Shown piece after piece: positions 11,363 to 27,137 of a DNA stretch of 64,000 nt. Source of the stretch: Octopus vulgaris (Eukaryota); contig OX597817.1 of NCBI GenBank assembly GCA_951406725.2, positions 146,320,001-146,384,000 of the forward strand. The letters are read 5' to 3'. Numbering within the stretch: position 1 is the stretch's first letter; every line of letters starts with the position of its first letter. The translations under genes were made by a program, and so were the position numbers. Below the pieces are notes generated by a model. The model made no database searches and was not told the DNA's origin. It saw nothing but the letters and a program-made list of their open reading frames with translations.

Positions 11363-12444
11363 TTATTTATTTATTATTATTATTATTATCATCATCATCA
11401 TCATCATCATCATCAACACAGTGAGCTGGCAGAATCATTAGCATGCCTGACAAAATGCTTAGTGACACACTGACCATCTTTACATTCTGAGTTCAAATTC
11501 TGTTGAGGTTGGCTTTTATCTTCCTTGTCATCATCGTTGTTGTCGTTGTCATCATCATCATCATCATCATCATCAGAAGCAGCAGTAGCAGCAGCAGCAG
11601 TAGTAGTAATAAATGTTTTAAGACCAATATATTTCAGCTCAAAAAATGGATGAAACAAAAATATCAAAAAATTTTGTTGATTTCTTACATCCCACAGTAT
11701 TATTCATATTTCATATTAATGGCTGCATACATGTATGTACCACGCATCTGTATGCATGCATGTGGGAATACATGTGCTTGTGTGAATGTAAGAAGTTTAT
11801 TTTCCTACCTTCTTGATAACACTGAAGCATAAGTGTCATCTTTTTTTCACAGAAACATTCATAAATGTAAGCAAATTATGTATCTTTGTGATATCTGTTG
11901 GTGAATAAAATCATATCTTCTTCTTCCCTTGCTCTCCTTTATTTACATGTCTTTCATATTTATCTGGTATCTATTGTTCTATTGCTATGGTATATATCAT
12001 TTATGAAACATCTAGCTAAATGATAACATCAACAGAAAGAAAGAAAGAAAGAAAGAAAGAGAGGACTGCTGTGCCAGGCTGTTTATTATCTGAGTTATTG
12101 ATTAGTTAGTTACAGAGTGAACAGAAAATAGTTTTACACCAAGAGAGTTATAATGTGATTCGCTAGAAAAATATTGATTTTTCTAGAAGGCTTCCGTTAT
12201 CTCTCAAACCATTCTAGAAGTCTAAACTCTCTGTCAATAACAATAACTTCATTAAATAAATAAATAAATAGATAAATATATAACTAAATAAATGAATAAA
12301 AAAAAAGAACAAAAACAAAAAAACATGTTGCTGCAAGAAATTTATGTGGAATTTCAATGAATCACAATAACATAGCGATGAAAGAAATCATCACCTTGTC
12401 TTTAAGAATACGTGTTACACAGAGCAATGTTTTCTTTATTCAGG

Positions 12445-12562
12445 TGTTAAGATGATGATGATGATGATGATGACGACGATGACGACGATGATGGTGATGT
12501 AAGAGTATTGATGATGATGATGACGACGACAACGGTGATGGTGGTGATGTAAGAATGTTATG

Positions 12563-12594
<32 letters not shown>

Positions 12595-12960
12595 GATGAT
12601 GACGATGGCGACGACGACGACGATGATGGTGATGTAAGAGTATTGATGATGATGATGACGACGACAACGGTGATGGTGGTGATGTAAGAATGTTATGATG
12701 ATGATGGTGATGATGATGATGATGATGATGATGACGACGATGGCGACGACGACGACGATGATGGTGATGTAAGAGTATTGATGATGATGATGATGACGAT
12801 GATGACGACGACGATGATGGTGGTGATGTAAGAGTGTTATGATGATGATGATGATGATGATGATGACGATGGCGACGACGATGATGGTGATGTAAGAGTA
12901 TTGATGATGATGATGACAACGACGACGATGACAATGATGATGGTGATGTAAGAGTGTTAT
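12445..12960. repeat. Higher-order minisatellite in (GAT/GAC)n with alternating anchor motifs
   Basis: gatgtaagagtattg and gatgtaaga(a/g)tgtta alternate four times, with a period of about 123-135 bp. Confidence 0.9.
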
Positions 12961-13941
12961 CTATTTCCTACATAAGATTGACTCGAGTTGGTAAAAAATA
13001 GCAGGATGTTTTCTTTTTCGATGTTCTGACCGCACAAATCTTGCGGCTGACTTCAACATTTCTTTTCCTTCCAGAGTTAATATAACAACTACAGTAATAT
13101 ACTGGGGGTCATTTTCAATGGACTTTCCCCCACCTCTCTCTCTCTCTCCTCTACACCAAAACTGCTCTTTACCTTGTCCAAAGAAATCAATACTGAAAGA
13201 ATTCAGACTGAAGATGGTTTCAAAGTTGCTCAGGCAGCAGTAATATTTACAGATCTGTCTCTTCCATTTATTCCTATCAATATTGTTGCTGCCTTTCTTG
13301 TGTTGTGTTTGAGGTTACAGAATTTTTAAAACAGCAGCTTTATAGTACACGATTTGACAGTTTGCCAATAAAATAGCTGTCATTGTATTGAATTTTATAT
13401 TCAACTATAAAATAACTTGCTTACTCATCTTTGGTTGGTTCAGCATATTTCAGGCTATTGATTGGAAATTTTGGTGAATTGATTAATAAAAAAAATTGTG
13501 CCAAAAACTGTAAATGCCACTTTTTGAAAATTGGCAAGAAATTATGCTAGCAGATCAGATCAATTTTGAATGCTTTAGAGCCATAACCAAACAGATTTGA
13601 TGGCAGAATCTTTGTGCTAATTGAATTCTTTGGCTATTAAGTAATGTAGAAGAATGAAAACCAGAAAAGATGTTTCTCTAAATTACAGAGTTAAAATGCG
13701 AAATGTTATTTCAATAAGAATGTTCTTTCCTTCTGTGATACAATTTAGAATCTTAGCAGCTAAGCATTTCACAAGGTTTTGTGTTAATTCAAGAGCCCAG
13801 GTACCATAATTGCATTCTGATGTGTTGCCATGTTGTTGCGTATCATTGGTTATCATTGGTTACCGCTGATAAAGGAGATCTATGGCAAAGATGTAAATAG
13901 TCTGTCAAATGATTACATGTGATCCACAGATTCAGTGCTTC

Positions 13942-14004
<63 letters not shown>

Positions 14005-14005
<1 letters not shown>

Positions 14006-14378
14006 TAGCAGTATCGCTCGGCGTTGCTTGGGGTTGTTTCGACCCTTTAGAATTGGAATTTTTGAAAAGTAAAAATTTTGCATTATGTAGCTTGTTATTC
14101 TCTTTAAGTGAACATTGTTTTCTGGTTGAAATACATCGAAAAATGGCGACACAGCAGTAAAAAAATCGTAAAAAATCGGGATTTTCATAAAAAAAAAGCA
14201 CCTTTTTGATGTAAATAATTTTTGGTGTTAACATGGTCCGATTTGAATTTTTTCTTGTACGGAAGGAAGAGCAAGCCTTCTATAATATTCTCAATTTTGG
14301 TCAGCTTGCATTGCAGGGTCTTAGAGGAGATAGTGCTAGTTGAAGGCTACCAAACCTGCCATACACAGACAGCTTCAG

Positions 14379-14382
<4 letters not shown>
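14005..14382 (-). mobile_element. Non-autonomous Helitron-like element inserted in (TA)n
   Basis: CTAG terminus at 14005-14008 with an imperfect GC hairpin (ctcggcgttgcttggg) about 10 nt inside. No TSD; (TA)n on both sides. Confidence 0.6.
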
Positions 14383-14409
<27 letters not shown>

Positions 14410-14420
14410 CCATATATATA

Positions 14421-14650
14421 GGCAGCGAGCTGGCAGAAACGTTAGCATGCCGGGCGAAATGCGTAGCCGTATTTCGTCTGCCGTTACGTTCTGAGTTCAA
14501 ATTCCACCGAGGTCGACTTTGCCTTTCATCCTTTCGGGGTCGATAAATAAAGTACCAGTTACGCCCTGGAGTCGATGTAATCGACTGAATCCGTTTGTCT
14601 GTCCTTGTTTGTCCCCTCTATGTTTAGCCCCTTGTGGGCAGTAAAGAAAT
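14421..14650 (+). mobile_element. SINE family B, young copy
   Basis: CpG-intact and near-identical to 54608-54838. Confidence 0.92.
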
Positions 14651-14922
14651 ATATATATATACCATACCATCTATGTAATTGAGGACCTAACTGCATGACC
14701 CAACATGCAGTAACTTATCATACTGAAGTATGGTTGTGTGGTTAAGGAGCTTGCTTCCCAACCACATGGTTCTGAGTTCAATCCCACTGTATGACACCTT
14801 GGGCAAGTGTCTTCTGTTATGGCCCCAGGCCAACCAAAGCCTTGTGAGTAGATTTGGCAAATAGAAACTAGTAGAAATCTATTGTATCAGTCTGTCTGTG
14901 TGTTTAATTGCCTGCCTGACTA

Positions 14923-15013
<91 letters not shown>

Positions 15014-15050
15014 GTGTGTGTGTGTGTGTGTGTGTGTACATATATATATA

Positions 15051-15282
15051 TATTTCTTTACTACCCACAAGGGGCTAAACACAGAAGGGACAAACAAGGA
15101 CAGACAAACGGGTTAAGTCAATTACATCGACCTCAGTGCGTAACTGGTACTTAATTTATCGACCCCGAAAGGATGAAAGGCAAAGTCGACCTCGGCGAAA
15201 TTTGAACTCAGAACGTAATGGCAGATGAAATGCGGCTACGCATTTCGCCCAGCGTGCTAACGTTTCTGCTAGCTCGCCGCCT
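15051..15282 (-). mobile_element. SINE family B nested in the microsatellite of an older SINE (14727-15665)
   Basis: Reverse complement of the family-B sequence. Confidence 0.9.
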
Positions 15283-15288
15283 TAAATA

Positions 15289-15367
<79 letters not shown>

Positions 15368-15981
15368 TATACATGTGTGTGTGTACATGTGTGTGTATGT
15401 GTGTGTGTGTGTGTGAGTGAGAGTGAGTGTATGTATGTTTGTGTTTCCTTGTCTTGACATCATGTGATAGTTGTGGATGAGTGTCACTGTTATACAGGTA
15501 GTGTCATTCATTTCCAATATTGGCCATGGGGAAAATATTACGTTGCTTGAAAACAGGTGAGGGTTGGTGACAAAAAAGCATCCAGCTGTAGAAAATCTGC
15601 CTCGATAAAGTCCATCTGAATCATGCCAGCATGGAAAAGTGGACGTTAAAACAATGATACCAATGATGAGGATAATAACTTGTGATAGTCTGGACATGTT
15701 TCATTTCTTTCACTGTCACACCCGTAGATTCTGATGTGATGCTGGCAAGATGAATTTAGTTGGAGTATGACACCTGTTTTTCCTCTGCACTCATCTCTAT
15801 GTGCGTCCTAGGGCACATTATATATATGCTTTTTGTATTTATAATACAACTCAGTTTTGTGTATTCATGTTTAAGGTTCATCACTTTGGCAATACCACTC
15901 TAAATGAAACCATTTTAAAATTGTTTATGGCTTAATAAATGGAAGAAAAGTAGTACCAATAACTCTTTTGCATAGCCTTAA

Positions 15982-16203
15982 CCCTTTTGTTACCATATTT
16001 CTGTTGAGATGCTCTGTGTTTCTTTCAATTAATTTTAAATATAACAAAGAATTTAATAAAATAACTTAGTTATCATAAAGCTTGTGTTAGGAACATAAAT
16101 TGTGACTAAGGTTTGGTGGAAGATTTTAATTCAAAACTTTTGAAAACAAAACATTTGTACTACAGAGCCAGAGGTGGTTTCAGCCAGGTTGGTATTGAAA
16201 GGG
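15982..16203. mobile_element. piggyBac-like MITE, copy 1
   Basis: TTAA|CCCTTT...AAAGGG|TTAA. Confidence 0.85.
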
Positions 16204-16223
16204 TTAAATTAATCATTTGTTAA

Positions 16224-16443
16224 CCCTTTTGTTACCATATTTCTGTTGAGATACTCTGTTTCTTTCAATTAATTTTAAATATAACAAAGAATTTAGTAAA
16301 ATAACTTAGTTATCATAAAGCTAGTGTTAGGAACATAAATTGTGACTAAGGTTTGGTGGAAGATTTTAATTCAAAACTTTTGAAAACAAGACATTTGTAC
16401 TACAGAGCCAGAGGTGGTTTCAGCCAGGTTGGTATTGAAAGGG
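16224..16443. mobile_element. piggyBac-like MITE, copy 2
   Basis: TTAA|CCCTTT...AAAGGG|TTAA, near-identical to copy 1. Confidence 0.85.
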
Positions 16444-16555
16444 TTAAAGACTGGTGATGGAAAGGGAGGAAGCAACCACAACTCGTGTGTAATCCCATAA
16501 TATGAGTCAACATTACCTTTCATCCTTGCGGTGGGGGTGGAGGGTTATCTTTTGT

Positions 16556-16958
16556 CTTTTACCTGTCTTAGTAATTGGATTGCAGCCATGCTGGGGCACT
16601 GCCTTGAAGAATTTTTAGTTGAGTGAATCAATACCATTACTTTTTTTTTTAAGCCTGGTACTTATTCTATCAGTGACTCTTGCCAAACTGCTATGCTAAG
16701 GGGATGTAAACACACAAACACCGGTTGTCAAATGGTGGTAGGGGACAAACACAGACAAAAAAGACACACACTTAAATAAATATATGCATATATGACAGGC
16801 TTCTTTCAGTTTCTATCTCTCCAAATCCACTCAGAAAGCTTTGATCAGCCTGAGGCTATAGTAGAAGACACTTGCTCAAGGTGTCATGCAGTGGGTCTGA
16901 ACCCAGAACCATTTGGTCGTGAAGCAAGTTCCTTATCACATAGCCACACCTGAGCCTA
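16556..16958 (-). mobile_element. SINE family A, older subfamily
   Basis: Colinear with the other family-A copies. Confidence 0.8.
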
Positions 16959-17065
16959 TATATTGAATTAAGTATCAGCTGATCACTGCAGTTGTCATTG
17001 ACTAGCTCCCGCCCCAAAATCTCAGGCCTGGTGCCTGTGGTAGAAGGGATTATTATTATTATTAC

Positions 17066-18978
17066 TTTTGCCCAAGAATCAACTTCTGGTAGACAAAACT
17101 GTACTTAGAGACTGCAAGAGGAAGAAAACTAACTTAGCCATGTCATAGATTGATTATCGTAAGGCATATGATATGATCTCACATTCTTGGATTATGTATG
17201 AACCTATTTGGTATTGCATCAAATATTGAATGATTGCTTGGAAAAAGTATGGTGAAGTGGAGGATGGAACTGACAGCATATGGAAGAAGTTTAGGGACAA
17301 TAGAAATCAGGAAAGGCATCTTCCAAAGGCACTGCCTGTCCCCACTGATCTTTGTACCGTGCTTGATACCACTAACACTGATTCTGAGGAACACAAAGGC
17401 TGGGTATGTATTCAAAAGCAGCCAACAAAAAGTCAACCACTTGTTATTCATGGATGACCTCAAACTTTATGGTAAAAAGGAATCCCAAGTCAGTTCCCTC
17501 GTTGATACGGTGTATACTTTCAGTGCTTATATTAGAATGGAGTTCGGATTAAGAAAGTGTGGTGTGTTAGTCTTGAAGAAAAGCAAAATCAAATGTGTGG
17601 ATGGGCTAGTGATACTGTCGGGGGAAGTTATGAAGCAGTGAGAAGAGATGGGTTATAAGTACTTGGGGATTTGGGAAATGGAGAAATTGATGGAGAAAGT
17701 AATTACAGAAAAATTTAAAGTAGAGTAGCTGCACAGACTGAGACTGATCTTTAAGTTAAAATTAAATGAACAGAATAAGATTGAAGCTATCAACACCTGA
17801 GCAGTTTCACTCCTTAGATATGGAGCAGGGGAAATTGCATGGACAGTAGATGAACTAAACAGCTTAGACAGAAAGACAAGGAAGTTACTGACTAGATATG
17901 GGATACTCCACCCAAAAAGTGACACAGACTATATGTACCAAGAAAAAGAGGGGGAACAGGACTGATTAGATGCAAATACAGCATTAAAGCAGAAGGAAAC
18001 AACATAGCATGGTATGTAAAAAATACCACAGAACCGCTACTACTGGAAGTAAGAAGGTTAGGCTTGTGTAGGATGAAAGATTGCAAAGATAAAGCATTAT
18101 ACAAGCACTTGAGAATGAATGAAACTGAAAATAGGTGGATAAAGAAAAGAATGCATGGACAGTTTCGTAGGGATGTTGAAGATAAGACAGACAGAGAAAA
18201 ATTATGGCTATGGATGGCTAAAAGTGATTTAAAACCGGAAACGAAGGCTCTAATCTGTGCTGCGCAAGAGCAAGCATTAAGAACCAATTACATCAAATAC
18301 AGAATAGACAACACCAGAAAGTGATTAGTGCAGAATTTGTGGACAAAACGGTGAAACCGTATGGCATATTATCAGTCAATGTACACCACTAGTCCAGAAG
18401 GAATATAAGAGACACCACAACAATATAGCAAGGATTGTCCATTGGACACTTTGCAACAAGTATGGGCTTGACAGAGCAAAAAAGTGGTACAAACATAAAC
18501 CCGAAGGCATCATTGAAAATGATAATGCAAAGATCTTATGGGATTTTATGATTCAGTGAGACCATTGGATAGAGAATAGGAAATCAGACATAGTGTTAAT
18601 AGAGAAAGAAAGCAAATGATATTGGATCACAGATATAGCATGCCTAGCTGAAAACAAGGTATGCGATAAGGAAGAAAGAAAAGTCGATAGATATGACAGA
18701 TTAGCTTGGGAGGTTAAGCAGTTGTGGTCAGTGAAAAAGGTAGAACCAATTTTTAGTACCAATAATTGCCAGAGATCTGGGAACAGTGAGTAAAACTCTT
18801 GAGAAGTACATGGAACAAATAGGGGCTGCAATTAGAGTGGAGCACTTGCAGAAAATGGCACTATTAGGAATTATTTGAATGCTCCAGATGGTGCTCAAAA
18901 AATAAGGGATGTTACCTTAGTCCACTGGTAGTGAACAGCTGACACCATAGTACATCTCTAGCATTAGACAATAAAATA
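17066..18978 (+). mobile_element. 5'-truncated, decayed R4/Dong-type non-LTR retrotransposon (RT + Zn knuckle + restriction-like endonuclease)
   Basis: IDYRKAYD, GIFQ..CLSPLIF, NHLLFMDDLKLY, CAAQEQALRTN, CRICGQNGETVWHIISQC and KSDIV motifs, with stops and frameshifts. Ends in (AAT)n/(GAT)n. Confidence 0.9.
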
Positions 18979-18981
18979 ATA

Positions 18982-20025
<1,044 letters not shown>

Positions 20026-20039
20026 ACCAGTCATAAAAT

Positions 20040-20330
20040 TACATGATACAAACATAAACGACAGCACAAGACAATGGGTTTTCGAATCGAGGTAAACATT
20101 ATAAAAAACACTGAAAAATTAAAATAAAACTCCCAGGCATTTTAAGGTCTTAGTGAAAAAAACCCACAAAAAGCCATGGGTGCCTGATCAATAGCCCTTC
20201 TCCTTTAATTTCCTTTTTTATAGGTGTATGCTCAGAATTGGTCCTTTCACACTGGCCATTCTTCCAACATTCACTCACCTTTCAACAAACTTGCTTGAGA
20301 GCAACACTTCCCTCTCCACCCTCAATTATA
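20040..20330 (-). mobile_element. 3' end of a Tx1/L1-like LINE
   Basis: Minus-strand frame LRVEREVLLSSKFVER*VNVGRMASVKGPILSIHL*. Confidence 0.6.
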
Positions 20331-20509
20331 TTTCACACTTAATCATTATTAATTTAGTTTATTTTTTTTCTCTTGCTCTTATCTGATATGTGTAAGCGCT
20401 TCATCGAACTCAGCTCCCAGAAGACAATAATCAAAACCACTTATTTCCTGTACCACATCAAAATTTCATATTTTGCTCTGATGTAACATACACACATGTG
20501 CCCACGCAT

Positions 20510-20571
<62 letters not shown>

Positions 20572-21298
20572 AAAGAGAACACTAACTTTCCATTATCTGT
20601 GTAGATTGTTTATAATATTACAAACGCTATTCCTTACGTAAACTGCTAATCCTTATCAGATATACTTAAATATACTCTTGTGTCTTTACATTGAAAAAAA
20701 AAAAAAAAAACTTGTTGAAGAAAATAATCTATTGTAGGTCAATTCTCTAAATGTCTTTAGAAAATAAACTCCAAGAAATTATCAAACAAAAATATCTTTT
20801 GCAAAATACCGTCTTTTGCATAATGCTTGAGTCAGCATTTAAATGCTGTATGGAGTTAGTTAGGAAATATATGCAAAAGGTCATTAATTTTTTGATTGAA
20901 TTAGATAAGCTAAATGGAGTGAATTCAATTACTTTCTTGCATGGTGAGTAAAATGAAGGCATGTAGCCGAGTGATTGGGATGCTGTTGCTCATAATCACA
21001 AGACCGTGGTTTCAATTCCTGGACTGGGCTGTGTGTTGTGTTCTTGAGCAAAACACTTCATTTCACCCTGCAATGGATTTACAGTTGTCAGTCAGTGCTG
21101 GGATGGGACAAGCACTAACACAGGCAGACAGACAGACACACAGACACACACTCACACAGACACACTCATGCATGCATGCACAGTTAGAGAGAGAGAGAGA
21201 GAGAGAGCAGGAGAGGGAGGGAGTAAGAGAGGGTCAGAAAGAGCAACATTAAACATGCATACAAGTATAACTAGATTTTCACACACATAAACAGAGAT

Positions 21299-21417
<119 letters not shown>

Positions 21418-22194
21418 GAGACAGAGAGAGACAGAGACAAAGACAGAAAGTGAGAGAGAAGGAGAGAAAAAGAGAAACATTAAAAACGTCTAATGTCAGA
21501 TAAATCAGCATTGAATCAGCAATGGCAAATAAGAGGCACCAGAACAGCTGTGCCAAAATGTCTCGTATCCAGGTAATGATGGTGTTAATCTAAGCAACTG
21601 GTTAAGTCCTCAACTGACTCCTTCTGACTAAACAAATAAAGAGGAACCCAAATCACTAAAAACCCAAAGGGCAAGGCAATCATACATAAGTTACGATGGC
21701 AAACCATTCCTAAGGAGCAATAACATTTTAAGCAAAGTAAAACCACATTAAGGATCTGCATGCCAATATCATTTACATTTCCCAGTTGAAGAACAATTTA
21801 GAATTCTTCACTTGACTTCGTTTCCATTGCTAATATCCTCATAAAAGATATGGTTACAACATCTCTTCTGCCAAATATGAGAAGTTATATATGTACATAA
21901 GTAATCCTTATTGTTTTCAGTTAATAGCCAGGATCGGATCAGACATGCCTCAATGATACGTATAAACATTTTAACAGAAATGATGATAAGATCCTGTTTA
22001 CGATATGGAGCTATGTTTTTTTTTGGGTTTTTGTCTTTTCCTTATTTCTGTTCTTTTTTTTTTTGGTTTTTCTGTTGCGTTTTTGTTTAAAAGTGGTCAA
22101 GTTGCATTTTTAACTTAATGGATCGAACAGAAGATAGAAGATTTATATTAAAATGTATATATATGACTATGAAAAATTGTCTATACTATTTACA

Positions 22195-22238
<44 letters not shown>

Positions 22239-22399
22239 CATGTAAATACACGTACATGCGTACACACAGAGATTCAAATTGAAACTCAAAAGCATACACA
22301 CACCACATGCACACACACACACACACTCACAAATGTATCTTCTTGTGTGTAAGCGCAATTATCTATATTGGCATATAAGTGTGCACCTATATATATATA

Positions 22400-22435
<36 letters not shown>

Positions 22436-22483
22436 ATAATAATATTAATAATAATATTAGGAGTAAATCCAAACTTACAGGGA

Positions 22484-22520
<37 letters not shown>

Positions 22521-22559
22521 TATACAAGCGTGCAAACATTTAAATGCATATATACATAC

Positions 22560-22693
<134 letters not shown>

Positions 22694-23091
22694 GTGTGTA
22701 TGTGTGTATGTATGTATGTATGTATGTATGCATGTACCAATGCATACATATGTACATATAAATGTGTGTATTTATATATGCTCACATATATGTATGTGTA
22801 TGCATGCATGTATGTAGCCTTATATATGTTGCCTTTCTCAATAAGTAAATGCTCCACTTATAGATTAATTGCTTTAACTTTAAAAATATCATTTTACTTG
22901 TATATTTTGTTCACTTTCTGGAATGTAGTTTTGGTTGGTTTTCCATCTTACGATGGCATTAAGAACCCAAGGAAAAGTAGCAGAACATACTTGCCTTGCC
23001 AAATCTTTCCCACTCAAAGTGCTCAAAAGTATACATACATATATACATAGCAAAAAGATGTATGTGAATGTATGTCTATATGTGTGTATAC

Positions 23092-23182
<91 letters not shown>

Positions 23183-23379
23183 GCCAGAGACAAACTTACA
23201 CACAAAACTGTGGAAAGCAACAATACATACCCTATAGCCTTTCACATATCTATCTGTCTGTCTGTCTGTCTGTGTGTTTGCCTTCTTTTCTGCCTGAATG
23301 TCTATTTATCTATTTGTCTGTTTGTCTGTCCATTACCCATCAATCTATCTGTAAGTCTTTTTGTTTGTCTATATGTCTG

Positions 23380-23415
<36 letters not shown>

Positions 23416-23649
23416 AACACACGTACACACACACCCACACAGAGCATATCCAACCATAAATACATCACCAACTTTGATTTGACAATTTTAAAGAAATAAT
23501 CATGAAAAACCTAAAAGCGAAAAAAAAAACCCAAAACATTCCCAATATATTGTAGGTTGTTTCTTAATGATGCTGACTGTTTCATCAATTGTTGTTACAA
23601 TGAGACATAACCCTCCATTCCCCATTCCCCACTACTTATCTTTAAAATA

Positions 23650-23680
<31 letters not shown>

Positions 23681-24844
23681 TAAATAAAAAAATATTTTTT
23701 AAAAATCATCCAAAAATATATTTTATTTTTGCATTAATTTGATTGCTTTCAAGAATTCATTTTTTTCGTTATTTTCCTTTTCACATTTAAAAAAATTTTT
23801 TGTAATTTTTCAATGACAGTAATTTGTATCTAATACTTATCTAATTCTCTCTGATGACCCACTCATCAGAACTAGCACCCCTCATCACCCCACCACTGCT
23901 ATGACCTCTGCCACCAGCATCACAAGAACCACTGCAACTGCCATCATCATCATCATCACTACCACTGCCAAAACCTCCAGCAGCAGTAGCACCACCACCA
24001 CCACCACCACCATCATCTCCACTTCAACCACCAGTTTATTGCCCCCCCCCCCCAATCTCTGTCACTATTATTGCCTTTAAGATTGCAACCCTCCCCCCCA
24101 CCATTCGCTCATCAGATGAGGATAACACAAGGACTTAGAGAAGGGATACAATGGAATGAATCCTTAATTTATAGTACTACTGCAGATGTTGAAATGGATA
24201 TCAGAACACAATGCCAAATTCTTGTAGTAAGACTAGCTAGATGTACTCACTCACTTGCTCACTCACTCACTTAATCACTCACTCACTCCCTCAATCAATC
24301 AATCAATCAATCATTCACAAGCCAAGGCATAATCTCATATATTTTTTGGTTAAAATTCCTTCAAATCTACTGCCAGAACATACTAAATAAAAAAAAATAA
24401 CAACAATGAACAAAATGAAAAAAAAACCCAAAATAACAATATAACCAGTAAAAAAAACAGAAAAGTCATAATAAAAAAATGGACCCTTATTAATATTCCT
24501 TAACCCAACCCCATTTCTCTTTTCTTCTTTGGATATCAATTTTATATGGCTTAATGCATGAAACCTTAGTAAAGAGGCCCCTTTTTCCCCCTGTAATCTT
24601 AGCCACTCAGTTGGTGTTAGATCCAATAATAGATGGGGAAAAAACCCAAAATCTTTCTACTTTAAATTGCTTGTTTTATGTTTTGTAGCTTTATTCTTGT
24701 GAAATTCAGCTGCAAGTGTTTTTTTCTCTGTGCATATATTGGAAGACGGTGGGGGGGTGGAGCTGGAGATAATGTTGGTATGTGTCTTCCCTGTACGTAT
24801 GTCTAGATTCATTTGTGCATTAGTCCGTACATATATATATTTGC

Positions 24845-25098
24845 AATGACGACAACAACAACGACAACGACAACAACAACGACAACGACAACAACAACGA
24901 CAACGACAACAACAACGACAACGACAACAACAACTGCTGCAGTAGCAGAAACAACAACAGTAACTGGAAAGAAACATAGAAGAGAAGGAAAAGAAAAAAA
25001 GAAAAGGTGAAGAAGAATAAGGTAGAGGATGAAGAGGATGAGAAGAAGAAGAAGAAGAAGAAGAAGAAGAAAAATAAAGGGGAGCAATAATAATAATG

Positions 25099-25136
<38 letters not shown>

Positions 25137-25178
25137 TTCTTTTATTTCTTTTATTTTTTATTTTAAGTTTTTTTACTT

Positions 25179-25217
<39 letters not shown>

Positions 25218-25222
25218 GCAAC

Positions 25223-25256
<34 letters not shown>

Positions 25257-25275
25257 CGATGATGATAATGATAGG
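24845..25275. repeat. Compound triplet microsatellite cluster
   Basis: Patterned (ACA/ACG)n, then (AAG)n, (AAT)n and (AAC)n. Confidence 0.9.
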
Positions 25276-25775
25276 AAGGAAGAGGATAGAAGATGAAGAA
25301 GAGGAGCGTCAATAAAAATAAAAAAATATATAAATCCAAAGAATGTAACTTTACGCTGCTAATGTGTACACCTGTTTACTATGTAAAACAAGAGTGAAGT
25401 GTATATATTTTCCAGTAAGCAACATGACAGTAAAGAAGACTTACTCTCTGCTCTTTCTGATGCACACAGTTAAGAAGAGAGAAGGGAAAAAACTGCATAA
25501 ATTTACTTAAGTCAACAGATTATTGCAATTGAAAAAAGAATAAAGGCAATGCTGCTTGTAACAAGTCGAAAAGTTTGAAAAATCTCCATAAAATACACAT
25601 ACTGTTTGAAAGATTTAGGAAAATTCTGTTAGAAGAGTGGTTATGTGGTTAAGAAGTTTGCCTTCCAGCTATGTTGTTTGGGGTTCAATTCAACTGTGTG
25701 GTACCTTGGGAAACTGTCTTGTATAGCTTCAGATTGACTAAAACCCTGTGAGTGGGTTTGGTGGGCAAAAACAGA

Positions 25776-25842
<67 letters not shown>

Positions 25843-25846
<4 letters not shown>

Positions 25847-26330
25847 CATCGTCGTTTAACATTGGCTTTCCATGCTGGCATGGGTTGGACGGTTTGACTG
25901 AGGGCTGGTGAACCAGAAGGCTTTACCAGGCTCAATCTGATCTGGCAAAGTTTCTACTGCTGGATGCCCTTCCTAACGCCAACCACTCCGAGAGTTTAGT
26001 GGGTGCTTTTTACGTGCCACCGGCACAAGGGCCAGTCAGACGGTTCTGGCAATGACCACACTCAAAAGGTGTTTTTACGTGCTAGCGGCATGGGAGCCAG
26101 TCTGGCAGCACTGGCAACGAGCATACTCAAATGTTGTTTTTCATGTGCCACCGGCACATGTGCCAGTAAGGCGACTCTGGCAACGATCACGCTCAAATGG
26201 TGCTTTTCACGTGTTACCGGCACAGGAACCAATCTGTGGCCCTGGCAACAATCACGCTTGGATATGCTTTTTTTAATGTTCCACTGGCACAAGTGCCAAT
26301 CAGGTGGTTCTGTCACATTAGCAATTTTGA
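25843..26330 (-). mobile_element. SINE family C with four to five internal subrepeats
   Basis: Repeated tttacgtgccaccggcac units. Confidence 0.85.
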
Positions 26331-26334
26331 TTTG

Positions 26335-26376
<42 letters not shown>

Positions 26377-26747
26377 ATGTATATATATATATATATATAT
26401 GTAACCATCAGTGTATCATACTTAATGCAAATACTTTGTGAAAAAGCAAATTTACTGTGATGTTTGTCTGGAGATAATATCTCATATTGACATATGGTGT
26501 TTGAAAATACAAATACATCAGTTGTAGATGAAAATTGTGTGACAAAACCCAAGAAGGCAAAAATATTCTACTAGTATTCTTGCTGTCACTTCTATCTTCC
26601 AAACACAGTATGTCCATAAGAGTCATTATCTCAGGTCAAATAGTAGAGTAAAGATGCATTTTTGCAATGTATTTACATTAGGTGTGATATAAAAATGGCT
26701 ATTTTAATTTAATACGGCTTCTGTTGTATATAAAATATGTATATATA

Positions 26748-27137
26748 TCGTGGCACTCTGTTGGTTAAGATGACTTGGGTTCCAGTTGATCTGATCAATG
26801 GAACAGCCTGCTCATGTAATTAATGTATTAATGAGCAAGTGGCTGAGCACTCCACAGGCACGTGTACCCTTAACATAGTTCTCGGGGAGATTCAGCATTA
26901 CACAGAGTGTGACAAGGCTGGCCCTTTGAAATACAGGTACAACAGAAACAGGAAGAAAGAGTGAGAGAAAGTTGTGGTGAAAGAGTACAGTAGGGTTCGC
27001 CACTACTCCCTGCTAGAGCTACGTGGAGCTTTAGGTGTTTTTGCTCAATAAACACTCACAACGCCCGGTCTGGGAATCGAAACTGTGATCCTACGAGTGC
27101 AAATCCGCTGCCCTAACCACTGGGCCATTGTGCCTCC
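26748..27137 (-). mobile_element. tRNA-derived SINE family E
   Basis: Minus-strand head tggcccagtggttagg (A box)...gtttcgattccc (B box). Confidence 0.75.

Noticed and set aside
12445-12960. CRISPR-like anchor/spacer pattern
   Set aside because: Spacers are microsatellite, the context is eukaryotic and there are no cas genes.
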